DNA of 63,955 bases, the filler included, from Octopus bimaculoides (lineage: Eukaryota), in the NCBI RefSeq assembly GCF_001194135.2. It is 10 parts of 8 records of this genome, joined end to end, with 100 filler letters (N's around TTAATTAATTAA, not from the genome) between each part and the next. Parts side by side here need not be neighbours in the genome. Positions count along the whole stretch, not along the records: positions 49,883 to 56,358 come from NC_068982.1; positions 56,459 to 57,608 come from NW_026367595.1; positions 57,709 to 59,574 come from NW_026392231.1; positions 59,675 to 62,800 come from NC_068985.1; positions 62,901 to 63,955 come from NW_026348973.1; 5 more parts are not named here. The stretch is one strand, 5' to 3'. The notes below the pieces were generated by a model. The model saw only the letters and a program-made list of their open reading frames with translations. It had not been told where the DNA came from and searched no databases. Position 1 is the stretch's first letter. Each line of letters begins with the position of its first letter. Made by a program: the position numbers and the translations under genes. Of the stretch, positions 50,864 through 63,910 are shown piece after piece.

Positions 50864-51280
50864 NNNNNNNNNNNNNNNNNNNNNNNNNNNNNNNNNNNNN
50901 NNNNNNNNNNNNNNNNNNNNNNNNNNNNNNNNNNNNNNNNNNNNNNNNNNNNNNNNNNNNNNNNNNNNNNNNNNNNNNNNNNNNNNNNNNNNNNNNNNNN
51001 NNNNNNNNNNNNNNNNNNNNNNNNNNNNNNNNNNNNNNNNNTACATAAATATATATACCTGCATACATACGTACACACCCATACACACATCCAAAGGACC
51101 CATTGCCGAAATATCTGTGTGTGTGTGCGTGTGTGTGTGTGCTGTGCGCGCGCGTGTGTGTGTGCATGTGCGCGTGCGTGTGTGTGTGTATGTATTAGGT
51201 TCACACGAGTGCATTTCTGATGAAAGTGTGTGTATGAATATAAATGTATGTGCTTGTTTGTGTGCGTGCATATGTGTGTA

Positions 51281-51319
<39 letters not shown>

Positions 51320-51922
51320 GTGTGTGCGTGTGCGTGTGTGTATTTGTGTTGGCGTGCAAGGTGTGTCTACGACGATCTCCGGCTGAAGTGTCCTAGTCGA
51401 GAACTTAGTTCAATAAAATCGATCTTCAAATTATCGATTCCTCTTCCTACGCCTCACCTGCTTCCGTCCAAGAGCTTCCTCATCATCTTTTTCATCCTCC
51501 TACGAAATTCATAAACGGATCTTCCGTCGGTTTCTACGACGTGTACACCAGTTGTTTAATCACCGGAACTACTTACTCATTCAATCAGCATATAAGTGGA
51601 TGAGTATTCCGTAGATGCTTGTATCTTTTATGTAAGCCTCGAGTAGAATCAGAATGAGGTATATAACACATTTTGTGACTTGACTGCATCTTTGAATTCC
51701 AGCTTTAGCCAACACCTTTCTCCCACATCTCTCTCTCTCTCTTTCTTTCTTTCTATTTTCTATCTCCCCCCTCTCTCTCTCTCTGGGTGTATGTGTGTAT
51801 ATACATACATGCATACATACAAACATGCACATATACATACATACGTACATGCATACATATACACATATATACACACAACTGCTAAAATACACAAAATATT
51901 TTAACAATCTTTTATATGCAAA

Positions 51923-52030
51923 GCGCAGGAGTGGCTGTGTGGTAAGTGGCTTGCTTACCAGCCACATGGTCTCGGGTTCAGTCTCACTTGGGCAAGTGGC
52001 ACCTTGGCCAAGCGTCTTCTATAACCGCGA
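51923..52030 (+). mobile_element. SINE family B head
   Basis: gcgcaggagtggctgtgtggtaagtggcttgcttaccagccacatggtc. Confidence 0.85.
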
Positions 52031-52074
52031 CTCGAATTCGAATGATTCGAATAATTAGAAAACAAAAATAACAT

Positions 52075-52790
52075 ACTGATAGCAGACTTAGACAGGATAA
52101 TGAATAATGTGTCTCTCCAAAGCGAACCCTACGAAACAAGGAAACATATACAGAACTTCATGCACCGCATGCAATTCTCTGGATATGACCAGAAAGATAA
52201 GATTCGTGTATACAGAGGAACTAGAAAGAAGTTAGATAGCATTATATGTAATGAAGCCAGTGGTACTCGCCCTAGATACAGAGGTAAAGACTGGAATAGA
52301 AGACAGAGAGTTTGTCACAAAGCAAACAAGGTAAATACATGGTACAGGGCTGACAAATATCAAGGCGTGATGGTTGTAGAGGTCACCCACGCATGGAGAA
52401 CTAGTCCGTAGATTTAGAAAAGTTGTAAAGGAGACCAAATTCAACATAAAGATCGTTGAGAAGCCAGGGAGCTCCATTAGATAGCAGTTATGTAAAACGT
52501 ACCCATTCGAAAATACCACCTGCACTAATAAAAATTGCGTGGTAAGATTAACCTTCGCATTAACTGTAGAACTAGAAATGTAGTCTACAGCATAAAGTGC
52601 ATACAGGGTACTTTTAAAGACAAGAACACGGCATACCATGGAGAAACATCTAGAAGTATAGCCGAGAGATTAAATGCACACTTGAGACGTATGATGACAA
52701 AAAACAGTCCTCCATACTCTACCAAGATGTCAAAGACCAACATGAAGGCACACTGGACCGACTTGACATACCCATTTTATCCAAGTACCT
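52075..52790 (+). mobile_element. Penelope-like element C-terminal region with GIY-YIG endonuclease relic
   Basis: MQFSGY...; IKIVEKPGSSIR; NCRTRNVVYSIKC...YHGETSRSIAERLNAH. Confidence 0.85.
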
Positions 52791-54035
52791 GAAGGACTCA
52801 TCACTCAGAGAAATACAGATGTATATATATATATATATATATAGGTAAGTAGGCAGGTAAATGAATATGTAGGTAAACAGATGGATACATAGGCAAGTAG
52901 ATAGATAGGTAGGTCGATAGGTAGGTAGACAGGTACATAGATAATACGGACAGACAAGCACACACACACACATACACATACACACACCGACACGCACACA
53001 CACGCATAAGCACACATACACACTGACGCACGCACATACGCACAAACAGACAAAAAAAGAACGCAGCTCCAATAACGGACAGAGTCAACATCCATTGATA
53101 AGGTTGCAAAAACAACGAAAGTTTTGGAAGAAAAACATTAATAAACGAGTGGAAATGGAACCGGTGAGTGTGTCAGATAATAAGGCATTAAGACACTATG
53201 ACCCTCCCCAGACACAACATAATTTGCTTCAACACACAAATTCACATAAAGAATCTTGTAAACGAGACACAAAAACGGAATAAAATTAACATACATGCAT
53301 ATATGCATGTATACTCAGATGCATAAACATAAAATATGCATATGCACACATACTAATAAATGCACACTCACATGCATGTCTGTAGCAGATAGGGAGAGAG
53401 AGGAGGAGAGAGAAAGAGAGGGAGGGAGAGAGAGGGGGAGAGAGAAAGGGAGGGAGGGAGAGAGACAGGCTGGCAGGTAGACAGGCAGGCAGGCAGCAGA
53501 GTGAATTCGGTACATTTTGATTGTAGCTGTTTAGACCCTAGGAAACTTTGAATAAACAGACACATAATCGATAGCGCTCCAACCGTGTCCACTCCGGCAT
53601 TTATTCCGAGACAGGATATCTACGAATATATTTTCCCAATGTATCTCTTCTTATTTTTAAGATGATAAAGTGTGGNNNNNNNNNNNNNNNNNNNNNNNNN
53701 NNNNNNNNNNNNNNNNNNNNNNNNNNNNNNNNNNNNNNNNNNNNNNNNNNNNNNNNNNNNNNNNNNNNNNNNNNNNNNNNNNNNNNNNNNNNNNNNNNNN
53801 NNNNNNNNNNNNNNNNNNNNNNNNNNNNNNNNNNNNNNNNNNNNNNNNNNNNNNNNNNNNNNNNNNNNNNNNNNNNNNNNNNNNNNNNNNNNNNNNNNNN
53901 NNNNNNNNNNNNNNNNNNNNNNNNNNNNNNNNNNNNNNNNNNNNNNNNNNNNNNNNNNNNNNNNNNNNNNNNNNNNNNNNNNNNNNNNNNNNNNNNNNNN
54001 NNNNNNNNNNNNNNNNNNNNNNNNNNNNNNNNNNN

Positions 54036-54255
54036 GAAGCCCATCGTATATATATATATATATATATATGTTTGTGTGTCTGTTTTTGTACACCCTGCCA
54101 GCATCGCTTGACAACCGATGCTGGTGTGTTTAGGTCCCCGTCACTTAGCGGTTCGGTAAGAGAGGCCGATAGAATAAGTACTAGGCTTACAAAGAATGAG
54201 TCCTGGGGTCGCTTTGCTCGACTAAAAGCGGTACTCCAGCATGGTCGTAGTCAAT
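54036..54255 (+). mobile_element. SINE family B, 3' part
   Basis: catcgcttgacaaccgatgctggtgtg...gcggtactccagcatgg. Confidence 0.85.
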
Positions 54256-54667
54256 GGTGTGTGTGTGTGTGTGACATTCAAAGAAAAAAGAACTAGGAGG
54301 GCGTCAAAATTGTGAACAAAATTCAAATGACGAAGATGTAATGAAATAAAACTGTTACTATGTAGTTTTATTTGATTGGCTAGACATGCAACCGGTTCGG
54401 TCTGGTAGAATTATGGTTAACAGAGGAAGGAGAGTGCCTTACAGCTCGGATGAAAACAAAATCGGACACACTCTGGTTACATCCTTCTCTACTCGACAAC
54501 GTTTTAAGGAGCGACACTGTTGGCAGATACCGAAACCATTGTGATACCTAGTTAAGAGCTGATGAAGGGAATATCTTACCTCACAAACATTATACAAAAA
54601 AATACACATTCGTCTCTGAAAATCAGAATAGTCTATTTTTGAATGATTCCTGCACGTCAACCATAAT

Positions 54668-54899
54668 TGTTAGTTCCTTATTTCTTTATTGCCCACAAGG
54701 GGCTAAACATAGAGGGGACAAATGGATTAAGTCGATTACAACGACTCCAGTGAGTAACTGGTACTTAATTTATCGACTCCGAAAGGATGAAAGGCAAAAA
54801 TCGACCTCGGCAGAATTTGAACTCAGAACGTAACGGCAGACGAAATACCGCTAAGCATTTCGCTCGGCGTGCTAACGTTTCTGCCAGCTCGTCGCCTTT
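54668..54899 (-). mobile_element. SINE family A copy
   Basis: Reverse complement of the consensus. Confidence 0.9.
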
Positions 54900-55124
54900 A
54901 ATTGTTAGTTTCTGCGAGGTGTAGGTATGAATATTTTCAAAGAACATTTGGAGGATCTTTTCTGTTTGACTGCCTCTTTTCAATTTCTTCAATTTCTGTT
55001 CCAACTGGTTCCATGTTTGGTGTATTGGTGTAGTTTTGTAAAGTAATCATTGACGTGAAATTCATTTTCGCCATAAATCGATAAATAAAGAATCAATAGC
55101 TTTCAAAGTTTGCAAGTTCTGGGT

Positions 55125-55180
55125 AATTTTAGCCAATGGAAAGCCACAGACATATAGGTGCCTGTTTCCATAGTAACAAG
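55125..55180. promoter_or_regulatory. Putative RFX X-box with adjacent CCAAT box
   Basis: GTTTCCATAGTAAC at 55164-55177 fits the X-box consensus; agccaat at 55131-55137. Confidence 0.35.
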
Positions 55181-56272
55181 CCAAGCTGTTTCCAAGCTGC
55201 TTACTTCTTGTTCTTTTTGCTGCTTATTAAAATGCTTAATACATATGCAACTTGAGAGACGCTAAAAGTAACAGCTAAATAGGCCTTAAACCTGGCACGA
55301 AGATTTGTTGGGGTTGGGGTTGCATAAGCGTATGAATTCTCGAAAAGTTAAAAAAATAAAAAGGTTATGAGGGGTCATATGGCGTACATAAAGCAGAATC
55401 CCNNNNNNNNNNNNNNNNNNNNNNNNNNNNNNNNNNNNNNNNNNNNNNNNNNNNNNNNNNNNNNNNNNNNNNNNNNNNNNNNNNNNNNNNNNNNNNNNNN
55501 NNNNNNNNNNNNNNNNNNNNNNNNNNNNNNNNNNNNNNNNNNNNNNNNNNNNNNNNNNNNNNNNNNNNNNNNNNNNNNAATTTCTGGAAGAAGTAAATTA
55601 ATTCCTGAGATTCAGCGTGGAAAATTACATCAATACACCAAATTTTAAAATTTTCACTAAACTTTACAATTTCCACAGGTGCAACCAAACAGAAAAGATC
55701 CCATCTGAATAAATTATTTGAGGTACCAGATGATCCTATATCGCGACAGGAAACACAAAGAAAAGCAGTTCACCAGAAACAGTTCAGGAGAGAATACCGG
55801 AAAGTGAGTGTGAAATAAGACCCAATCACACTGAAAATAGTCCCCAGCATAGCTGCAACTTTTGGTTGGAATCAGAAAAAATCAAACGTAAAATTTAAAA
55901 CACTGCGGATAAGTCAAGTTAAGTTTAAGGAGCGTGATACGGTTGAAACATTGACTTTCTGGCACATGTGGCTCCCAAATATCTAATGCTTACATAATAC
56001 TATCATTTTGTTAGGCATACCGGCGTGTGGCAGGCTTCTGCACAGTTTTGGTTTGCCAAATTCCAATCAAACCAAACCGTAAAAGGTATTTACTCAAGAT
56101 GCCGCGCACAGGGATCGATCCTGGAACTGTTTGGTTGCCAATCGAACTTCTTTCTAATCTACACGACGCTATACCTGCACCCATATTCGTTATGGAGATG
56201 AACTGTTGTTGGCAGGGACGTGTCGTAGTAGTAGCAGCAGCAGCAATGCGATGATAATGATGACGATGATAG

Positions 56273-56319
<47 letters not shown>

Positions 56320-56469
56320 TTGATGATGATGATGGTGGTGGTAGTGGTGGTGGTGGTGNNNNNNNNNNNNNNNNNNNNNNNNNNNNNNNNNNNNNNNNNN
56401 NNTTAATTAATTAANNNNNNNNNNNNNNNNNNNNNNNNNNNNNNNNNNNNNNNNNNNNGTGTGTGTATC

Positions 56470-56680
56470 ATTGTGTCTGGGCTTGTCCCCATCACCGCTT
56501 GACACGCGGTGTTGGTGTGTTTACGTTCCCGTAACTTAACGGTTCGACAAAAGATACTGATAGAATAAGTACTAGGCTTAAAAATAATAAGGTCTGGGGC
56601 GATTTACGCGACTAAGAACCTCCAAGGCCGTGCTCTAGCATGGTCGCAGTCACATGACTGAAACGAGTGAAAGAATAAGA
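56470..56680 (+). mobile_element. SINE family B, 3' part
   Basis: accgcttgacacgcggtgttggtgtgtttacg...gcatggtcgcagtcacatgactgaaac. Confidence 0.85.
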
Positions 56681-56729
56681 GCATTTATATATACATATAT
56701 CTCTATATCTAACTCTGTGTGTGTGTGTG

Positions 56730-56763
<34 letters not shown>

Positions 56764-56906
56764 GTTACCATATGATTAATAAGTTTGATTGACGACCACA
56801 TTGATTGACAACCACGTGAGTATAGATTCAATTACACGCCATGACATTTTGAGTGTCTTTTACTCAAGCCTCGGATAGATACACACTCTATGAAAGACAT
56901 TGGGTA

Positions 56907-57118
56907 AACGGAATCGTTAGGACGCCGGACAAAATGCTTTGCGGCATTTCGTCCGTCCGTCCTTACGTTCTGAGTTCAAATGCTGCTGCGTTTGACTATG
57001 CCTTTCATCCTTTCGGGGGTCGATAAAATAAGTACCAGTTGAGTACTGGGGTCGATGTAATCGTCTTACCACCTCCCCACCCCCGTTATTGCTGAACTTT
57101 GCCAAAATTTGGAACCAA
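56907..57118 (+). mobile_element. SINE family A copy
   Basis: gaatcgttaggacgccggacaaaatgc...gttctgagttcaaat. Confidence 0.85.
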
Positions 57119-57224
57119 TATCTTGAGGTGGTGTTTGCTACTTCAGCGCCCTATGACACCTTTGCATGTTTTAAAAATAGCACTAACTATTAAGATGAGT
57201 TGTTAATTATAAGCAAAGCGCTTA

Positions 57225-57356
57225 TAATTGGTTTTCTATTGGTGAGAACACTGTTTTGGCGCGCGTCACTAGAAAAACATGACGTCTAATGACGTCACTA
57301 GACATACTCTATCTCTAGTCACAATAATCACTCTAGAGCAGGTTTGAATTTGAATT
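57225..57356 (+). promoter_or_regulatory. Putative cell-cycle-type promoter motif cluster (2x CCAAT, E2F/CDE, 2x CRE, 2x CHR)
   Basis: ATTGG at 57227 and 57238; TTTTGGCGCG at 57254-57263; TGACGTC at 57280 and TGACGTCA at 57290; TTTGAA at 57343 and 57349. Confidence 0.35.
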
Positions 57357-57708
57357 TAGTTGCTATACTGGAGGTTTCAGCTTCTGTCACGTTGTTGTTT
57401 TTCTTCTAGTTGTAAAGGAAAGATGTACTGTATGGATGATGTACGATTAAAGAAATAAATAAAATAAAAATTCGATTCACTGAGATTTTAATTTTTACTG
57501 AAGAAAATGAAACATAATACATAAACGTCATTCGGAAAAAAAAAGGGAGATAATTTCAAGAAATTAAGAGTTCGTAATGGTGATGGCGACGGTAGTGGCG
57601 GCAGTGGTNNNNNNNNNNNNNNNNNNNNNNNNNNNNNNNNNNNNNNNNNNNNTTAATTAATTAANNNNNNNNNNNNNNNNNNNNNNNNNNNNNNNNNNNN
57701 NNNNNNNN

Positions 57709-58560
57709 AATAAAAACTCATTTTTTGTTATGTTATTGTGTGAATACATCGGAAGTAGCCCAAATAATATATTCCTCTATACACAATCATACAGAGTATA
57801 TGGTTCCAATACATTCGATCAGCTCAGTGACAGCTGGTGACAGCTCCCCATACCATTACCCCATACCGACATGTTTCACAGTTGGTTAGAGTCGTTTCAA
57901 ATCAAATTCTTGATTGGGAAGCCTCCAGAACCAAACACGTCCACTCTCTGAAAATAATGCAAATCTGGATTCATCTGAGAAAATCACTCTATCCCAAAAC
58001 GAACAGGATTTTTCTGACATCTCCTTAGCCCATTTCTTTCTTTTCATGATATTACTTAGTTGAAGGAGAGGTCTTCTAGCTGCTCGTCCATAATACCCAA
58101 GTTTATGCAGATATGTAACACACATTCTTGGACTGACGTCTAGATGTTTTGCAATGTCAGAAGCCTTCAAATGGAGTTCGTTTTCCACAATTCTCTTCAA
58201 GCAGCGAAGCTTCCTTTTCGAGAGCCCAGATTGGAGGGGACGAGAATCTGTTGATTCTTTTCTTTGGTTTTTGAATTGCAATATAATTCTATTAAAAGTA
58301 GCAAGAGGAATTTGAAGATTCTCGACAATTTTTCGCTGGCTAAGACCAGTCTCAGATTGCCCAACAATACGACCTCTTTGAAGGTCTGAGAGGTCTGCTG
58401 AATTTTTTGTGCATGGTATGGTTACTCTTCGCAAATGTTTAATATAATGGCGCATGGAACGAAAAAATAATTATAATTGTAAATTCTATACCGCTGAAAA
58501 CGTATTAAGACGTTTAGATCAGAAATTTTGAAAATTTAAGCTGTCTATTTACTTCCTGCA

Positions 58561-58563
<3 letters not shown>
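57709..58563 (-). mobile_element. Tc1-family transposase, 5' part, truncated by a gap
   Basis: DLSDLQRGRIVG...SQRKI HTH; YGRAARRPLL; WDRVIFSDESRF; PTVKHVGMGVMVWG. Confidence 0.92.
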
Positions 58564-58591
<28 letters not shown>

Positions 58592-59192
58592 TATTTTGTT
58601 TAAAAGAGTTCCAACACTGTCTGTTTTTTATGTTTTATTTATATTTCTGCAGAACCAATGTGGGGTATAGAATATGGAATATACNNNNNNNNNNNNNNNN
58701 NNNNNNNNNNNNNNNNNNNNNNNNNNNNNNNNNNNNNNNNNNNNNNNNNNNNNNNNNNNNNNNNNNNNNNNNNNNNNNNNNNNNNNNNNNNNNNNNNNNN
58801 NNNNNNNNNNNNNNNNNNNNNNNNNNNNNNNNNNNNNNNNNNNNNNNNNNNNNNNNNNNNNNNNNNNNNNNNNNNNNNNNNNNNNNNNNNNNNNNNNNNN
58901 NNNNNNNNNNNNNNNNNNNNNNNNNNNNNNNNNNNNNNNNNNNNNNNNNNNNNNNNNNNNNNNNNNNNNNNNNNNNNNNNNNNNNNNNNNNNNNNNNNNN
59001 NNNNNNNNNNNNNNNNNNNNNNNNNNNNNNNNNNNNNNNNNNNNNNNNNNNNNNNNNNNNNNNNNNNNNNNNNNNNNNNNNNNNNNNNNNNNNNNNNNNN
59101 NNNNNNNNNNNNNNNNNNNNNNNNNNNNNNNNNNNNNNNNNNNNNNNNAATCATACAAAAAAACTACCTTTTTTGTATTTATTTTTACTCGC

Positions 59193-59250
<58 letters not shown>

Positions 59251-59428
59251 TTTTTACAAAAACATAAATTCAGAAAGAAGCACATTGTAAGAAGTACAAT
59301 AGTCCATTTTGATTACTGGTGAAGGCCTGTTTCTAGCGTTACCCTGGGTTTCTCACTATAATCGGAGCCTTTGTGCCGTATCTTCAGACCCTAAGATCTG
59401 TTGGCCTATGGTCTCATTAAAATATACA

Positions 59429-59464
<36 letters not shown>

Positions 59465-59674
59465 TACATGCATATTTATTATATGTATAAGGTTGAGGAG
59501 GGTATTGGATTTAACCAAACCCCTGAGGATACAGGTAATACCGAGTAAGTGCTGTATACCGATTAGTTTGCCCCNNNNNNNNNNNNNNNNNNNNNNNNNN
59601 NNNNNNNNNNNNNNNNNNTTAATTAATTAANNNNNNNNNNNNNNNNNNNNNNNNNNNNNNNNNNNNNNNNNNNN

Positions 59675-59705
<31 letters not shown>

Positions 59706-60986
59706 GTATGTGTATATATATATGTATATATATGTATATATTCTTACAAATATATTCTTACAATACAGTAGTATTACTTTCCAGCAGATATACTACAATA
59801 TTTGTCCTGGGAAAGCATTTTGTCTAAACATATTGTGCTATGAAATATGCTTTCTGCCAAAGCAGACTGTGGAGCTTGCTGCAGTCCTCTGGTTTACCAT
59901 TTTTAGTCAAACTGTCAAACCCATGCTAACATGGAAGATCGATGTTAAATGATGATGATGATAGACGCACACACATACTTAATAAGGATATTTTGTATTA
60001 TATTTCATATTCATACTATGTTTATTTGTATGGGTGGAAGTTTATAGACAACCATGTAGTATATGAGTCTTTCTTGAATGTGTAGTATTTTCTTTAAAAT
60101 TTTTCAGATGGTGTAGTTTGCACATAGGTAGTATTGTATGTACAATTTGTAGGCTTGCATGATTTTTGTAAAGGAAAGCCTTATTCATACAATGTCATTT
60201 GATTGTAGTTTTCCACATAAACATGTTCTAGCTGTTTGTTGCTTGATGGACTGGGAGATTATTACCTCTTTGGCAAATAAGTGGGTTGGCAGCAGCAAAG
60301 GTATCCCACATTAGAAAGCTCTACCTTGACATATTCTTGTCTGATGCATGTAAGCATGGAAAAGTAAATGTTAAATGATGATGATGCCCATGCACCTCTA
60401 TGTGCACATACATGCATACGTGTGCTTGTGTTTGTAGTTTGATAGGCTAGTCTATTGGCCTCTTACTCTGGTGTTTCCACAGCATTACAGACAAGTCCAA
60501 ACTGGCAAAGTGCCTTATCTACCTGACAGCAGAATTTGCATAGAAATAAGAGTTTATACATAGTGTGAAAGTAATAATCAACAATAATACATATAGGAGC
60601 CCTGGAAATGAGGCAGGAAGAAATGATTCACACATTTGATATAATTTCAAATTTTTCTGTTGCAGTTTTATTCTATGAAACTTTTTTTGTCTCTCAAACA
60701 CCCTGTGTAATCTATGTTTTTATTTCATTAATTTCATTCTTTGTTTTGGTTCACCTTAGGGTTTAGACATCTGTTTCTCATTCAGAAATAATAGCTAAAA
60801 AAAATTGAAGAGGAACTTATTGTTGTGAAATTCTTCATTTCATTCTTATATCTAATTTTAGGTTTGTCTAAATTTAGTAATCGATGCTTTACCGTTTTTG
60901 GTATCTAGGATCATTGGATTTAACTGAACACTGATCTTTTAATCATTTTCTTGATGAGTGTCTGGAACTTTTAAATTTATATTTAG

Positions 60987-61181
<195 letters not shown>

Positions 61182-61324
61182 TAACTCTTGCTGGATTGTT
61201 ATATTTATATGCTGGATGCATTAGCTTATGTTTGTTTTTGCCCAGTATCTTTTCATGTATATGAATAACAATAGTGTTGTTAGCACAAATTTAAGGATGC
61301 TGTAGTCTAAGAGGTCTTCAATTT

Positions 61325-62090
61325 TAACTCTTAACGTCATAAACCGCTCTAATCTGCGGTAGACACTCATTCATGAACCACTGGAAAACGAGCCTTGTCA
61401 CTAGGTACACAAACCGGTTGCACAGGATATGACCCATAACATCACAAAGTTGCACATGTGCACAGAAAGCTTTGTAAAAGCTTGATTTCTGCTTTGCCAT
61501 GGCCATACTTGTTTTGGTTGTGCTTTGAGATCATTTTTCGCAAATTCTTTTTGGGCAAGTTTGTTGTGAAAATGGTTGGATGCTGTGTCTGATAGCAATT
61601 CTTCATTTGGCGATTTTATTAGTCATATGATTGAGGAGAATGTACAAGTGATGTATCTGTGTCGTCAGTGCATACAAGTGTTCTTTTGGATTTCAGTGAG
61701 ACAGAAATTTCAGACTTGTCAAGTTCAGATGATTTGGATTATGATGATTTGGAGTAGACTGGTATTATCAGAGACACCAAAATGGGTACGTTTATTGAAG
61801 CTAGTGGATCTACAAAACCTCTGTCAGTGATAGCAGAGCCAATTGATTACTTCATGCAGTTGTTTCCAACTACAATGTTTGAGGGATCAGTTGAGCAGAC
61901 AAGCTTGTATGCTAGATAGAACAATGAAAACTTTATAATCAGTGTGGCTGAAATGAAAGCAAATGTGGGAATTTTATTTCTTGTGGGGATTGTGCAACTA
62001 CCTAGTTATAAGCACTACTGGGGTAAAGATGAAGTCTTCCACCAGCAGTCTATTGCCAAGGTGATGACTGTAAATAGGTATTGTAGCAAG
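61325..62090 (+). mobile_element. piggyBac transposase relic within the RUVBL2 intron
   Basis: Acidic N-terminus, then PIDYFMQLFP...VEQTSLYAR...SVAEMKANVGILFLVGIVQLPSYKHYW...IAKVMTVNRY; TTAA near 61325. Confidence 0.8.
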
Positions 62091-62544
62091 CCTTAATAAA
62101 CCTTTATTGGTGGTGATATGATGTCATGGTCATGTTGGCCAAATAGGTATAATTATTACTTTCCCATTGGTTAAAATTACTGCCCATATTTGAATTCTAA
62201 CTTTCGTCAAAGAGAAATCTTTCATGAAATACGGTTCTTAGAATTCAGATATCAGCAGTTATAAAAACTCTGATTTTTGGGAAATAAATCAGTGTTTGTT
62301 GGTTGTCACTTGATTCCATGACACTCACTTTCCTGAGATTTGTTATAACGATGCCGAGTCTTTTGTCTAATTCAACAAGGCTATTTTGAATTGTTGTTTA
62401 AAACTTTTCGTAGCTTAGTTATGAAAGAATTAGATAATACATGTAAACATTAACCATACAATTTTTATGTCATAACTCTCTATGACAGTCTTTTTTTGAC
62501 TTATAAAAATGTACTGCAAATATTAAGTGTACGTATATCATCAT

Positions 62545-62800
62545 CATCATCATCATCATCATCATTTAACGTCCGCTTTCCATGCTAGCATGGGTTGGAT
62601 GATTTGACTGAGGACTGGCGAACCAGATGGCTATGCTAGGCTCCAATCTGATTTGGCAGAGTTTCTACAGCTGGATGCCCTTCCTAACGCCAACCACTCA
62701 GAGAGTGTAGTGGGTGCTTTTACGTGTCACCGGCATGAAGGCCAGTCAGGCGGTACTGGCAACGGCCACGCTCAAAATGGTGTATTTTATGTGCCACCTG
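62545..62800 (-). mobile_element. SINE-like family C copy, young
   Basis: (tca)n-tttaacgtccgctttccatgctagcatggg...ggatgcccttcctaacgcc. Confidence 0.85.
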
Positions 62801-62900
62801 NNNNNNNNNNNNNNNNNNNNNNNNNNNNNNNNNNNNNNNNNNNNTTAATTAATTAANNNNNNNNNNNNNNNNNNNNNNNNNNNNNNNNNNNNNNNNNNNN

Positions 62901-62931
<31 letters not shown>

Positions 62932-63783
62932 GCACACACACACAAACACATATATTTGTGTTCATGTATATAAGGATGTGTGTGAATATATATATGCATA
63001 CACACGGGCACACATACATATCTATATATATGGGTGTGGGTGTGTGTGTGTGTGTGTGTGTGTGTATGCATGTATGTATGTATGTATGTACGTATGTTCT
63101 TACAATTCCCCCCGTCGTGCGCTACACTTCAATGAGAGTGTTTCAATGTCATGTGCAATTAAACACCATTATGGGTATAAATTTGTATATATGACAATTT
63201 CTGCACATGTATTACTACATCAATAAAAATTCCGTTAAAGCTAGCTACAGCTCTATGGGTAATAGACTATCACAAATCTCTAACTGCGACCAAAAATCGA
63301 TAAACTCCATATAAACAACCTAACTTGAATGCAATTGTAAGATGAGCTACCTTCTGGATATAAAATGCATATCGAATGTATTGACATATACAGAGTACAC
63401 GTAGAATCCGTACACGCCATAGTAAAGATGTACATTGGGTTAATCGACAATACTTTTAAAATGTACAATATTCATTCGAGTTTAAATGTATGGGCAAAGC
63501 TCCGTCATTTTCTAAACATATATGGTTTGAAGCACGGAAATAAAACAGGCTTCTACAATAAAATGAAGTGTTACCAATTCAAATGTTTACCACACATCTA
63601 GTGGCTACTGTAATCTATGGGTAAATTCAAGGCGCTGAACCAACACAGAGATTACTTGAATTGGAAAGAAAATTTTCCTTTCTAGGTGAATTGTGAACAT
63701 AGTACCGATATCATTTGGATAGTATTAGTGGAATAGTTTCCACATGGTGCAAATAATGTATCTCTCACGGCGGCGTTGCATTC

Positions 63784-63815
<32 letters not shown>

Positions 63816-63910
63816 GCTCTACATCTAGCATAATTGATGTCCACTTAGTGGTCATCTCTCTTATATGTATATATATATATGTGTGTGTATATATATATAT
63901 GTGTGTGTAC

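Noticed and set aside
51923-51990. tRNA-like A/B-box sequences at SINE heads (also about 5750-5830 and 32754-32820) as tRNA genes
   Set aside because: No complete cloverleaf; they continue into SINE bodies and occur in many degenerate copies.
54580-54615. 36-nt minus-strand micro-exon candidate with good splice sites
   Set aside because: Too short to distinguish from chance; no partner exons identified.
60108-60127. tttcag/atggtgtagtttgcacatag/gtagt as a RUVBL2 exon
   Set aside because: No frame resembles the RUVBL2 sequence expected upstream (ARDYDAMG).
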